Shown here: positions 9,501-20,083 of the stretch, piece by piece
How the letters are laid out: every line of letters begins with the position of its first letter
Position numbering within the stretch: position 1 is the stretch's first letter
Assembly: GCA_963749155.1 (NCBI GenBank)
Contig: CAVVLO010000002.1
Span: forward strand, 544,001-608,000
DNA: 64,000 nt
Origin: an uncultured Armatimonadia bacterium
GTDB taxonomy: Bacteria > Armatimonadota > Zipacnadia > CAVVLO01
Direction: 5' to 3'
Notes under the pieces: generated by a model
Told to the model about the DNA's origin: nothing
The model's input: only the letters and a program-made list of their open reading frames with translations
Database searches by the model: none
Made by a program: the position numbers and the translations under genes

Positions 9501-10601
9501 CGCCGGCTGGATGGTAGATTGCTGCTCCATAAACCGGGCTTGCCGGTGCCAGGAGTCCTGCTTCAAACTGACCGCTACTGGCTTCACATCGCCGAGTACC
9601 GCTTCGCCCAGCCTGTCAGGCCCAACCCATCCCTGCGAGGTCTGAGTTAGCAATTCCGTAAAGGCTGGTGCGCCGATTGCCAGCACCTTGCCTGCGCTTC
9701 TTAGTGCCCGTTTGACTGCGTCTCTGGCCTGGATTGGCGTTCTGCGCGCATCGGCCAGCACCAACAGGTCAATTTTGGACAGTGGCAGTGGCCCTTCCAT
9801 AAGTGAGGCCCAGGAGAGGCTCATCACCCCGAAGCCTTCGCGTTCGAGGGCGGGCTTCCACTGGGCGGCCAGCGTGCCCGCTTCATTGTCGATAATCGCC
9901 ACGGTGCCCGCGCGACCAGTTGGCACCTGCCAGTGGGAAGCCTCCTCCGGCAAAAGGCCTTCGATGCTGAAAGCGTCCACAGTACCCTCCAGTCCCGCCA
10001 CCATCAGGCCAGGCCGGCCTTGCTTGAGAGCGCGCTTTTCTCTCAACTGGTACACGCGTTGCCAATAGCCGCCTGTCTTTGGATCAGTTATGGTGCCAGT
10101 GATAGCCTCGGCGGATAACTCAATCGAAAGCTCGTAAGGGGTGTTCTCTTCCCAGGTGAAGGTGTCGCCTTTGTCCTCTCCCGCAAGCTGAGTCGAGGGC
10201 GAATTGGTCGCCAGTTGGGCCTGATGCACCCCATCGAGGCGTTCCAGCAGTTCGAAATACCGCTGCCCATCAGGGCCACTCACCAGCACAAGCTGCCACC
10301 AGTTGTTGGCGTCGAGATACAGAGTCAGTCCAGCATAGACATAGGTGCCCTTGAGCCGTTTTGTGATAGTCAGAGTTGTTTTGGCCGTAGCCTGCTCCAG
10401 GTCATCCATCCCAGGCAGCAGCATGGCGGGATCTACAGTAGAGAAGCGCATCGCACCCGCTTCGTGCGTCCAGCACCTGGGTCCAAGTCGCTCGTAGGGT
10501 TTCGACCCGGTGAAATCGTCACGCCACAGCTCAGCGGAAAACGCCAGATTTGCGGCTAGCAGCAACGCGACAAGCCAGGCGCCCAGCAGTAGTTTCTTCA
10601 T
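6552..10601 (-). CDS. Large secreted multidomain glycoside hydrolase (clan GH-A, GH5/GH42-like TIM barrel; lectin-like and CBM11-like N-terminal modules)
   Basis: Signal peptide; KGINYRP; HPAIMTWELAWEP (acid/base); VVWMEFGY (nucleophile); LTFWAKGD...KEIDGSRW CBM-like segment. Probable compensating indel pair at about 8720-8770. Confidence 0.75.
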   Translation of the reverse strand: MKKLLLGAWLVALLLAANLAFSAELWRDDFTGSKPYERLGPRCWTHEAGAMRFSTVDPAMLLPGMDDLEQATAKTTLTITKRLKGTYVYAGLTLYLDANNWWQLVLVSGPDGQRYFELLERLDGVHQAQLATNSPSTQLAGEDKGDTFTWEENTPYELSIELSAEAITGTITDPKTGGYWQRVYQLREKRALKQGRPGLMVAGLEGTVDAFSIEGLLPEEASHWQVPTGRAGTVAIIDNEAGTLAAQWKPALEREGFGVMSLSWASLMEGPLPLSKIDLLVLADARRTPIQARDAVKRALRSAGKVLAIGAPAFTELLTQTSQGWVGPDRLGEAVLGDVKPVAVSLKQDSWHRQARFMEQQSTIQPAPAEGEDAWELSFDYTGYQGFESTWDGFLANITGSFGQDKSLLTFWAKGDATTSQMLIECKEIDGSRWIATVELGTDWRFYALRPQDFPYWMDSNAARGKAGDHFRPENMQDITFGLATSHTKKVEPGQHRIWLKQVGTAVDPGGRNLDFTLPEIEILCPSYKLFALKTPQNFVAATEQAILRADSQVAWQEKAYSPVWRERGRGVDRQRSWRWVPLLEARDSEGFHRGALLSLMIGDATSPNAIGRIWAWLIRKPLSRILGLRQAVLSTAKAMAGSSFLVEGGAEFFSAKPSEELTFGATALNASKQSKQLAFVLDYTTTGAFGPEAKRETTYVTLPAGQRASASWREAAPDKAGHYEVTVTLLEGGVVADRITHDLVVERRAAPTDEDFVQVVGDNFIYKGKPWYFKGINYRPSWVGGYPNLNIYSREGYDPEIIERDLAWMNSIGINSISGVFALQPADLDDPNGYRDQTDFLDRCERHGVKVFFFMPNAWPLTNANPDWVKDYITKAGLKDHPAIMTWELAWEPISGAWGVPSGLAFFQGNWNDWVIERYGSVENAIADWGFDPKVEADGRLPVPTLEQVRGHGEWDVMVAAFRRAWSDRYSQAYGQMVNALTEYDPRHLISFRFGACSIPWGQAFAHAHSVGVLKHVDFMNPEGYSLMKAWGVPTPAEQIRKGGLITLYFRHFSGEKPVVWMEFGYTANGFQDAWKQTQVDLKPEELAYQKAEHEAFYKMFIESGARGAAPWWLPGGFRLGENSDFGVLEPDGLERPVCEILHEYLPQFDTVVHEPATATIELDLDANYPDAWDVYSEQYLALVQAGERPEVKTAGTGTDSASCPLTAVGNKPYSGHNPPIYLNGEFNSLEVRSGEGEWRPVTQGATLEVVEGQPVYCRASLGNIGEATWLAPEGQGAGGVYLAGRADYGLEFSAPITATTPFLKDAQVEEFVLISAATGETMVSFELMAKGRAWFGERRTAVLKVAP

Positions 10602-10653
10602 AGGAAAGCCTCCGACGGTGAGCTTTGGAGAAGCTCACTCACGTCGAAGCACC

Positions 10654-10679
10654 TTCGAGACCAAGCCTCAGCTTCCTGC
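10654..10679 (-). promoter_or_regulatory. SigH-like promoter GCAGGA-N16-CGAA
   Basis: Upstream of the 10601 start; shares 14 nt (tcaacgcaggaagc) with the 31236-31262 site. Confidence 0.6.
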
Positions 10680-10693
10680 GTTGAACCTGCTGC

Positions 10694-13602
10694 TTAGGGC
10701 CGTCTTACCGCAAAGACGCGCGTCTCGAAGGCCTCCAGCTCAAACTGGAGGGTATCGGTCAGTTGCTCCGGCGCCTCTGGCACGAATAGCTCACGCGCCA
10801 GCAGTTTCTCCGGCAGGTGGACGACCTTCGGCCCCGCCTGCCAGGCGTGCAGAGCCACCAGCCCTCTGCCTGCGTATAGAGCATCGTCGGTGTCACTGTA
10901 GATGTGAACCCCTGCCAGCCGCGCCAGATTGCGAAGCAGCCCCGGCGGCAGTCCGGGCGAGGCGCTGTAGACCGATGTCCAGTCGCCCTCCTCGGCAACG
11001 GTCAGAGCCGGCTCGCCGTCCTCAAAGACACCCAGGACGCGCTTGGTCTCCGCCACCGAATACCTCGGCGAAGCGCCAACCTCGGCGCCATAGGCCTCTT
11101 TTGCCATCCCAAAAACGGGCTCTATATATTGCAGCCCCTTGCACAGGGGGTCGTCCGTCAGCATCACCCGGAAGGAACCTGTGCGCAGGCGCTTCACCTG
11201 CTGTCCTGTCAGTTCGCGCATACCAGCCAGGCTCTCTTCGACATCGCCCACCTCATCCACTGTGCCGAGGCCCGCGGCGTAGATGAATACGATCACCCGG
11301 CCTTCGGATTTCAACTTGTCAACGGCCAGACGCTCCTTCGGCGTCAGGTCGAAGGCATTCAACAGCACTGAGCAGCCGGGCGTCGGGCATCTGATCGATG
11401 TCTTCCAGCAGGTACAGCCCCACCGGCGCGCCGATGCGGTCGAGGGCTGCGACCTGCGCGGTCAGCGCCTTGAACCAGACATCTCCCTTACCGCCATCGG
11501 CCATCCTGAGAGCACTGCGCTCGCTCATAACCACCGCGATCTCGGGCTTCAAATCAAGTGGAGCAGGCCCTGTGACCGCTTCCTGGCCCAGGCGGTTCAT
11601 TTCGCCGAAAAGTGACAAGATAGTCGGGTCCGAGAACCAGCCATCCTGCATATCGAACCACCATTGACCCGCCCCGCGCGTCCTCACCGCCGCATATTCG
11701 CGCTTCAGCACGCCAAGCGTCTGCTGCATATCCGCACAGCGCCCAGTTGGATCCTGCTGCAGATGGGTGCGGATGTCCGACTCGTTCAGCCACAATTTTC
11801 CGTGCAGCTTTATCGAATCGGTCAACGACATAAAGGTCGAGGTACCGCCTGGCTGACGCCCGGAATACATCGCGGGCGCCGAGAGGAAGTCCACGTCCGG
11901 ACACTCCAGCACTTTGGCGAGGGCCAGATGCTGTGTCTCGGGTGCCAGCCCGCCATACTGGGGTGCATAACCATAGAAAAATCCCGCAAGCAGTTCTCCA
12001 TCGGAAGCCTGCTTTACCGCGCCAGCTATCCGGGTGATGGCCCGCGCAGCCGCCAGGGCGTAGGCCTCGTAGAAGTCTGTGACCTGCCTGTCCTCCTCGG
12101 GTCGCCAAAGCAGGCTGGCAGGGGCTTCCCTGCGCGCCCGCGTTGGAACCAGGGCGTCTTCGAAGGTCAGCCCAGGTTGGCCCCAGGCTAAGGCAAGCGC
12201 CGTGTTGGTGCCGTATTTCTGCTTGAGCCAGCTCTGGAAGAAGGCCGCAAAGGCCGGCGAGAAGTCTCCCCTGAGGCCATCCCACAATCCCCAGCTCTGC
12301 CACTCGGCCGAATAGCCCGTGCACAGGTGCAGCCCTACGACCCGGTCCGCGAAGGGGCTCCCCCGCAGCCAGGTGATGAAGCGCTCAAGGTCGCCGCTGA
12401 TGAGTTCGAGCCATTCCTCGGAAGCGAAGGACTGTGGCCCTACCGTGCCGTTATCGAACACGACGCGCTGGTCAGGATGCGCCGCAAGCCAAGCCGCGGG
12501 CGGTTCAAGCTGGATCCGCGGCAGTATGAGCGCCTCCGGATCGCGCCGAAGCACCTCTTCGAACAATTTGGTCGGTTCTCCAGCATCAAACTGCCCCACC
12601 TTCCCGTTGCCGATACCACAGCCGACGCTGTAGAGATGCGCCCCCTGGGCGGCAAATTCCCCATAATGGCCCGTATGCACGCCCAGAAAAGCGAAGGGGA
12701 ACACTGGCTTCCCGTTGAGGAAAAGTGTCGGTGTGCCCTGCCAGGGCAGCACTTCCGCCACGCATGGAGCTGGGATTGGCACAGGCCCGAAGTCCAAATC
12801 CGACACGGTAGCATCACCTGCTTCGCGGCCTTCCCACTGAAGGTCGCCGAGTTCAACTGAGAGCGTGTGCCTTCCCTCGGGCGAGTAGCGCTGAGGGGGT
12901 ATCTCGACTGCAACCTTCAGCAGAGAGCGCCCAGGAGTGTCACCTGGTTCGCTTTCCGGGCTGACTTGTTTGGACCAGATTACCTGGCCCTCGCGCCGGA
13001 GCGCGATCCAGCACTCTCCCTCCGCCTTTGAAGGCGCCTCGAAGGTGATTTGAGCTGGCCCGCCCTCACGTCCGGTGGGGGCTTCCACTTCCACCAGCCG
13101 CAACTCAGGCGCGCCGGTCGGCCGGTAATCTCTATCGGGCACGAAGAGGAAACAATCGCAGCCTGTGTTCCAGGAATCTGCCAGGTCTATCCGGAGTGTG
13201 ACAGAGCCTCCCTCGACCTCGCCAAGAGACTGCCAGCACCAGTTGTAGGCGAGCGGCTCAAGCGTGCCGGCCCAGAACTCGGCGCCGTTGACCCTCACCC
13301 GATAGCTGTAATGGCCGGGGTAGTGGCCGTTGTCGGTGCACCGCACCCAGAGGCGATAATGCCCAGCGGGCAGCTCGACGGTCTTCTCGGCGACCTGGTC
13401 GGCCAGGTTGCAACGCAGCCACTGCGCCGCCACTTGCCAGCGGTTCGTCCAGCACGTACCACCCGCCCGGACTGAAGCTCTCCGCCTCGACCAGCACCGA
13501 GCCGGAAGGAGGCTCGATGGTGAATACCCCCTCGGCGCAGGCCATCACCGGGAGCAGCAGCAGCGCGCAAGTAACCACCAGGCCAGCCAGTCTAGTCTTC
13601 AT
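10694..13602 (-). CDS. Secreted GH42-like beta-galactosidase-type hydrolase with trimerisation-like C-terminal domain (frameshifts near 13425 and 11368)
   Basis: Three ORF pieces (13258..13626, 11319..13433, 10694..11368); signal peptide MKTRLAGLVVTCALLLLPVMACA; GYSAEWQSWG and LWLNESDIRTH catalytic-type motifs; RBS GGAGG. Confidence 0.7.
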
Positions 13603-16502
13603 TAGTGCCTCCTGTCTGTTCAGCAAGCGCCTTCCTGCAGGCCTCGAGGTTGGTGCGGAAAGTCAAGGCATAAGGATGGACTCGGTTCAATGTATGCTCG
13701 ACAATACATAGCGCCCTTTCCCACAGGGGAAGCGCCTGGGCAACATCACCTCGGTTGTAGTATATGGATGCCAGATTGTGCAGACTAATAGCAGTGTCTG
13801 GATGGTAGTAGTCCAGATGCCTCTCCCGGATGGCTAGAGCCTGGGTCTCTAGCTCTAGAGCACGTTCGGTATTACCTACTAACTGATAGACGGTTGCGAG
13901 ATGACTGATGCTGGCGGCCGTATCAGGATGGTCCGCCCCCAGGCTCTGCATCCTGATCGCAAGTGCTCTCAGGTCGAGTGCCAGTGCTGTCTCGTAGTCC
14001 TTTTGCTGGATGTATATACTAGCAAGGTTGTTGAGACTATGGGCTAGCTCGGGATGCTGCGGCCCGAGCACGCTTTCTCTTATAACCAACGCTTGCTCAA
14101 ACAAGGCCAAGGCTTCCTGCAGTCGTCCCTTCGTATAAAGTATCGCGGCCATATTATTAATTTCTTTGGCCCTGTCGGTTGGCGCCAGTTCTGCTGCCCT
14201 AGCTCTGACCGCAAGCACCCTCTCCTGTATAGCCAGAGCTGCATCCGTTGCTCCCTGGGCTTGGTAGAGCACAGCCAGACCACCCAGACTTGTCATTGTT
14301 TCTGGATGGTCGCGACCCAGCACCTCCTCCCTGATAGCGAGTGCCTTCTCATAATAGGCATTGGCCTGATCATAGTCTCCCCGAGCGAAGTGCATTGTGG
14401 CTATGTTATGGAGTAGTGCTGCGATCTCCGGATGGCTCTCACCAAGCACTAACTCCATGCGGTGGATAGCCTCCCCGTAAAGTCTGGATGCCTCTGTATA
14501 CTCACCACATGTTTGTAATAACCTGCCTGCAAGATTCGCGCGACTCGCCGCTGCCCAGTAGTCAGACGTTCTTCTTGTTGCCTCCTCTGTGCTTCGGCCC
14601 GGCTCATACCTGCCCTCAAGGGGCTTCCAGTAAGCGAACCACTCGTGCGCGAGGCTTCTACTGTTGAACCACTCCATCACCTCAAGGCTCACGAGTTCGT
14701 CTCGCAGGGCTTCCCAGGCCTTGGCTTGTTCAAGTTGCCAGGGTCGCTCGGTTACGCGACGGTCGATGTCAGCAGTGAGGAAGTAGTCGGCCAGCTTCAG
14801 GTGGCGCTCGGGAGAGTCGCCATAAGTGCGCCTTCACGGCCTTCCAGAGGGTGCGGTGGGCGAAGTCCAGCAGCTCTCCACGTTGGACCAGGTAGGGCGC
14901 AAGGCTCCGGCGGACGCGCGCCCAGGCCAGGGCTGTTACCTCGCCGCCGACCAGCTCCAGCAGTTCGCGCTCAGAGAGGCCTGACCGGGAGGCCGCAAGC
15001 AGCGCCAGCCCCTCCGCCACGGGGAAGACGCCTGTGTGGTCGCCCTCTACCCGGTCCAGCACCTGCCCGAACAGGTCTTCCGTCGTGGCCGGCAAGCCGT
15101 TCGATGCGCCGTGTAAGCTCCTCGAAGCTGCCGAACAGGCGCAACTCCTCGAGCGCCACTTTGAGGTAGAGAGCGTTCTCCGTTGCCTCGTTCGCCAGCA
15201 GCGCCTCAAGCTGAGAGTCCGAGAGCTTCTTGCGATATTCCCATAAGAAATCAGTAACAAGCTGTTTCCGCTCCGGGGTGGTCAGTGGGGCAAGCAGAAG
15301 CTCCTCAGCCTGATGCCGGCGCAGTGCCTCCAGAGGCTTCTCCTTCCAGCGTCGAGGCGATGATCCGCACGCCAGCCGGCAGGAACTCCGGCAGCCACGC
15401 CAGCCCCAGCGCCCCACCGATATCCTCGAGCTGGTTGAGGCCATCGAGCACCAGCACGACCGGCCCCTTCGACTTGCTACCAGCCTCAATCAGCAGGTTC
15501 CGGAAGGCCTCCTCCAGCCCTTCGGGCTTGTCCGGAAGCTCGCTGAAGAGGCCAAGCTGACGCTTCAACTCCTCGCCAATCCGCCTCATCGTCTGGATAT
15601 GACTGGTCGAGGAAGGGCTTGCCCCTACGAAGTGCAGCACCACTTCGGCCTCTGGATGAGCCTCGCGATATTCCAGCGACCAGTCCGCAAGCAGCGCCGA
15701 CTTGCCGCTGCCAGCCGGGCCGGTCAGGGCCAGCGCGCGGTGGGTGTCCGACTCGACATACTGGGTGAGCTGGCGTTTCTCTTCAGCGCGTCCGACGAAG
15801 CCCGCCACCAACCGCGCGGCCTGGGCCTCGTGCAGTTCAATCTCCTCGGTCAGGGCATCCGGTGGCTCTGCGTCTTCGGGATACTCCTCCGAGATGGCAG
15901 CCCAGAGAGCCTCCAGCACCGCCTTGCCGAAGTCCTCCAGCCCGACGACCTGGCCCTCCCACCGGCAGGCATATTCTGTTACAGGAAGTTTCTCGTCCCG
16001 AAGCTGCTGCTTGAGTTTCGAGAGCTTCTCGGCAGCCTCCGGTGTTTCAGCCTGGTAATCAGCAGGTAACGGAGTCTTTGCCGACAGCTTGCGGAAGAAG
16101 AAGAACGCCCGGCCCGCCATTTCCGGGTCATTTAGCACCCCGTGGAGTATCTCCAGTTCTGTTACAGAGTGCCCTTTTCGGTCATCTACCCACGGAAACT
16201 CGATTACGGCCTCCTCCGGAAGTGTCTCCGGCACCCAGCCGTAGCGTTCCCCAAGCAGGCCGAGGAAGAAAGGCCGGCAGCGGTCTATCTCCTCGAGGCA
16301 AACGGCCAGCACCTTGCCCTGTTCGGCCTCTGCTTCGGTCACACCCCAGCGCAGGTCTACGTCGGTGAGGTAGAGCTCGCGTGCTGCACAGCGCTCGCGC
16401 AACTCCGGGAAGACGACACGCGCCAGCCAGTCCCGTCTCCGCGTGCATATCACGGAAGGTAGAGGAGACAAACACTCGCACGGTGCGCCAGGAACCGGCC
16501 AT
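13592..16502 (-). CDS. NLR-like STAND NTPase: DUF4062 - NACHT - winged helix - TPR repeats (NPHP3/TEP1-like architecture); four frameshifts (about 16440, 15340, 15095, 14825)
   Basis: VRVFVSSTFRDMHAE/RDWLARVVFPEL..VDLRWGV..CLEEIDRCRPFFLGLLGERYGW; Walker A GPAGSGKS; Walker B VVLVLDGLNQL; about seven 42-aa kinesin-light-chain-type TPRs (LGxxHPxxAxSLxNLA); RBS GGAGG before ATG 16502. Confidence 0.85.
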
Positions 16503-16547
16503 ACAGACCTCCAAACTGGGCGATGCTGATGGGGATACATACCAAGT

Positions 16548-16573
16548 TTCCTCTGACAGGACGTCTTTCCTGC
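16548..16573 (-). promoter_or_regulatory. SigH-like promoter GCAGGA-N16-GGAA
   Basis: 46 nt upstream of the NACHT gene start, in the matching orientation. Confidence 0.5.
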
Positions 16574-16583
16574 AGCCAGCTCA

Positions 16584-16609
16584 AGCGGAACGGGCGAGCC
16601 CCTGTCGAA
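16584..16609 (+). promoter_or_regulatory. SigH-like promoter AGCGGA-N16-CGAA
   Basis: 35 nt upstream of the URO-D-family gene; divergent from the preceding site. Confidence 0.45.
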
Positions 16610-16643
16610 CTGTCTGGCACTCAGCAGAAAGGGGGCCTCTGGT

Positions 16644-17764
16644 GTGACTGGTGATACGGAGTTAAACACAGGCCGGATGACGCCGCGCGAAAGGGTAGTG
16701 ACAGCTCTGGCGCACCGGCAGCCCGACCGAGTGCCCTTCTCCTGGGGCTTTGGGCCGACCTCTGAGATGTGGCGGGAGCTGGAGCCCTACTGCGCCGGCC
16801 TCGGTCTCGACTGGGTGAGGCTCTTCCGCGCGGTTGAAGACGTGGACTACGCCAACCCAGCCTACATCGGGCCGCCGCCTGCCGAGGGCAGAGACCTCTG
16901 GGGCATCGGGTATGAGGCCCATTCTTACGGGACTGGCGCCTATTCGGAGTTCTCCCACTACCCGCTGGCAGGCGTCTCTACCTTAGCGGAAATCGAGGCT
17001 TATCCCTGGCCCGATCCCGAGGCTTACGACTATGAGCACCTGCGCGAACAAGTCCTGGGCGCCGACCCGGAGCGGTTACGCGCGAAGAAGAACAGTGGCT
17101 ACAACCCCTTCGAGATCTACTCCTGGATGACAGGCCTCGAGGAGACGCTAATCAACCTCGTGGCCCAGCCCGAAATCGTCGAGGCGGCGCTCGCCCGTAT
17201 CACTGGGTGATGGCCGCGCGTATGACGCGCACGCTCGAGGCTTGCGGTGATCTGATCGACCTCGTAATGCTGGCGGATGACCTGGGCGGACAGCAAGGGC
17301 TACTTGTTTCGCGGGAGAGATACCGAGAGCAGATCCAGCCCTTCCACCGAGCGCTTGCCGATATAGCCCACAGGCTTGCACCTCACGCCAAGGTGATGTA
17401 TCACAGCGATGGGGCGGTGTTCGAGGTGTTGCCCGACCTGATTGACGCGGGGATCGAGGTGCTGGAAGCCGTCCAGACCGACGCGGCGGGGATGGACCCC
17501 GTCGCACTGAAGCAGACTTACGGCGACCGGCTTTCCTTCCATGGCGGGATAGCTGTCCAGAGCCTGCTGCCGTATGGCGACGAGAAGACCGTCTTCGACG
17601 AGTGCCAGCGGCTGGTCGAAGTCTTCGGCGCAGGCGGCGGCTACATCGCGGCGCCCACCCATGCCATCCAGGTTGGCACCCCACCTGCCAATGTGCTCGC
17701 GATGCTGCGCGCCGTGCTGGGCGATGAGGACTACGAAGCCGCGCTCGATTTGGCGCGTATCTGA
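16644..17764 (+). CDS. Uroporphyrinogen decarboxylase / MtaA-CmuA methyltransferase family protein (frameshift near 17207)
   Basis: MTPRERVVTALAHRQPDRVP, DDLGGQQGLLVS, MYHSDG, LSFHGGI, GGGYIAAPTHAIQVGTPPANV. Confidence 0.85.
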
Positions 17765-17782
17765 GATATGAGGTGACTCCTG

Positions 17783-20083
17783 ATGCGTATTGCGGTACTG
17801 ACTCTGGTGCTTGCGTCTCTGACTTTCCTGCTGACTTGTGCTTCCCAGGCGGCTGAACTGTTGGCTGTGCAGGCAGGCTCACTCCGCATCAGCCTGAGCG
17901 ACACCGGGCGGATGACGAGCTTCTGGCTTGATATCGGCGAGCGAGAAATCCTTCCCGCAGGTCAGGTGCCGGCGTTGCTGACGCTGACAGTAGACGAACA
18001 AGCCTTGCTGCCCAGCGCGGCAAGCTGGGATGAGACCACTGAGACTATCCAACTCGACTATCCTGGGGGCGCCAAAGCTACGATAAAAATCCAGCAGAAA
18101 GCGACCCACGCTACCTTCACTTTGGAACGTCTCGAAGGCCCTGCCGTGAGTCGTGCCGAGTGGGGGCCCTTCCCCACCACACTCGGTGATTCAGTTGGAG
18201 AACTCGTCTGCGTGGCGCGCGATGAGACCGCCGCCATCGGCCTGCAGGGGCTGACCCTCCAGATCAATGCCGCCGCCTCGACAGCCGATTATGGAGAAGC
18301 CTGCCCTCATGGCAGCCGACTGGTCTCCTGGGCGCGCGAGCACGAAGGCGGAGTGCTTGGAGCGGCAATTGCGGTCTTCGGCTGCAAGGCGGAGGACGCC
18401 CTGGCCACAATCGGCGAAATCGAGATTGCCGAGGGGCTACCGCATCCAACTGTGGACGGTGTCTGGGGAAAGGTCTCTCCCGCCGCCAACGAGGCTTATC
18501 TCATCTGCCCTTATGGCGTTGGCACGATTGAGGAGACCGTCGCCCTGACAAGGAAACTGGGTTTCCGCGACCTTTACCACCCCGGCCCCTTCGAGACCTG
18601 GGGCCATTTTATACTGGGCAAGCACGAGTTTCCCGAGGGCGACGCCAGCCTGAAGTTGTGCTCGGAAATCGCTGCCAAATCAGGCGTGCGTATGGGAGTC
18701 CACACGCTGACAGCCTTCATCACCCCCAATGACCCCTATGTCAGCCCCAAGCCTGACCTGCGCCTGGCCCGGCTTGGCTCAAGTCGCCTTGCGGCTGATG
18801 TGGACGCTGCCGCGACCGAGTTGCCTGTCGAAGACTGGCGTCCCTTTGTCGTGAAACAATATTGGGGCTGGGACCAGAAGTTTGTAGTGCTGGGTGAGGA
18901 GATAATCAGCTATACCGGCGTGACCGAGGAGGCCCCCTATCGCCTGACAGGCTGCGCGCGGGGGCAGTTCGACACGACAACCTCGGCCCACTTGACGGGC
19001 GACGACCTGGGGGCGCTGGCCACGCACAACTATCACACTTTCTACCCAGGTATCGAAGGCGGGATGATCGAGGAGATGACCGACCGCCTCGTTCAGCTCG
19101 TTAACGACTGCAACCTGCATATGCTGTCTTTCGATGGGCTGGAAGGCTTGCTAGATTATGGCTGGGAAGGCGACTACACGCGCAACCTGTTCGTGTCGCG
19201 CTGCTTTGCCGGCTTCGACCACGAGGTCACGAGCGACGCGAGCAACCTGCTGCACTATCTTTGGCACATCCACACGCGGATGAACTGGGGCGAGCCATGG
19301 GGCAAGGCCTTGCGAGAGGGGATGCCCGAATATCGCCTGAACAACCAGGCCTTCTTCGAACGCAATCTCTTCCCGAAGATGATGGGCTGGTTCCTGTTCC
19401 AGCCTGCGGTGCCCGGGGTTGAAGCCACTCGCCTCGATGATATCGAATGGATGCTCTCCAAGGCCGCCGGGTTCGATGCTGGCTTCGCGCTGGTCAGCAC
19501 GCCAGGCGATTTCACGACCAATATGCAAGGCGATGCGGTAGCCAAGGCTATTGCCGAGTGGGAGAAGGCTCGCAACAGCGGCGCTTTCACGCAGGAACAG
19601 CGCGCCAGGCTCCGAGATGGCCGCAGTGACTGGCATCTCGAAGCTGCCGGAGAGGGCCATTGGAAGCTTTATCCGATGCTCTTCCCGCCTGCGCTGGCCT
19701 GCGGGGCGGCTAGTCCGATGGTCGAAGGCCAGGTGGAGAATCCCTATGAGGCTCAGCCACTGCAGTTCGTGATCCGCATCCTGCCCTCCGATAACCCGGA
19801 AGCCGCACTCGAGAACCCAATCCTCGAGATTGGTAACCAAAAACTAATCCTGCCAGTCCGCGTAACTCCGGACCGTTATATCAGAGGGGATGGCAAGGGT
19901 AACGCCGAGGTATGCGATTCCAACTGGCATGTGCTGGACACGGTGAGGATCGCCGGCGGCTGGCCCCTTGTGGCCTCTGGCACGAATACCGTGCGCCTCT
20001 CGTGTGAGCTTACTGGAGGCGCGCAGGTAACTTTTCGATTGCAGCTTGCCGGCCCGGCCGAGGCTGTCGTGGCACCCGACTAG
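17783..20083 (+). CDS. Secreted hypothetical protein, possible uncharacterised glycoside hydrolase (TIM-barrel-like core)
   Basis: 766-aa ORF with signal peptide and RBS GAGGTG; motifs GVHTLTAFITPNDPYV and LSFDGLEG; I cannot firmly name the family. Confidence 0.6.
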   Translation: MRIAVLTLVLASLTFLLTCASQAAELLAVQAGSLRISLSDTGRMTSFWLDIGEREILPAGQVPALLTLTVDEQALLPSAASWDETTETIQLDYPGGAKATIKIQQKATHATFTLERLEGPAVSRAEWGPFPTTLGDSVGELVCVARDETAAIGLQGLTLQINAAASTADYGEACPHGSRLVSWAREHEGGVLGAAIAVFGCKAEDALATIGEIEIAEGLPHPTVDGVWGKVSPAANEAYLICPYGVGTIEETVALTRKLGFRDLYHPGPFETWGHFILGKHEFPEGDASLKLCSEIAAKSGVRMGVHTLTAFITPNDPYVSPKPDLRLARLGSSRLAADVDAAATELPVEDWRPFVVKQYWGWDQKFVVLGEEIISYTGVTEEAPYRLTGCARGQFDTTTSAHLTGDDLGALATHNYHTFYPGIEGGMIEEMTDRLVQLVNDCNLHMLSFDGLEGLLDYGWEGDYTRNLFVSRCFAGFDHEVTSDASNLLHYLWHIHTRMNWGEPWGKALREGMPEYRLNNQAFFERNLFPKMMGWFLFQPAVPGVEATRLDDIEWMLSKAAGFDAGFALVSTPGDFTTNMQGDAVAKAIAEWEKARNSGAFTQEQRARLRDGRSDWHLEAAGEGHWKLYPMLFPPALACGAASPMVEGQVENPYEAQPLQFVIRILPSDNPEAALENPILEIGNQKLILPVRVTPDRYIRGDGKGNAEVCDSNWHVLDTVRIAGGWPLVASGTNTVRLSCELTGGAQVTFRLQLAGPAEAVVAPD

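Noticed and set aside
16644..17764. Naming the gene hemE
   Set aside because: Lacks the HemE RQAGR motif and has no heme-pathway context; only family-level support
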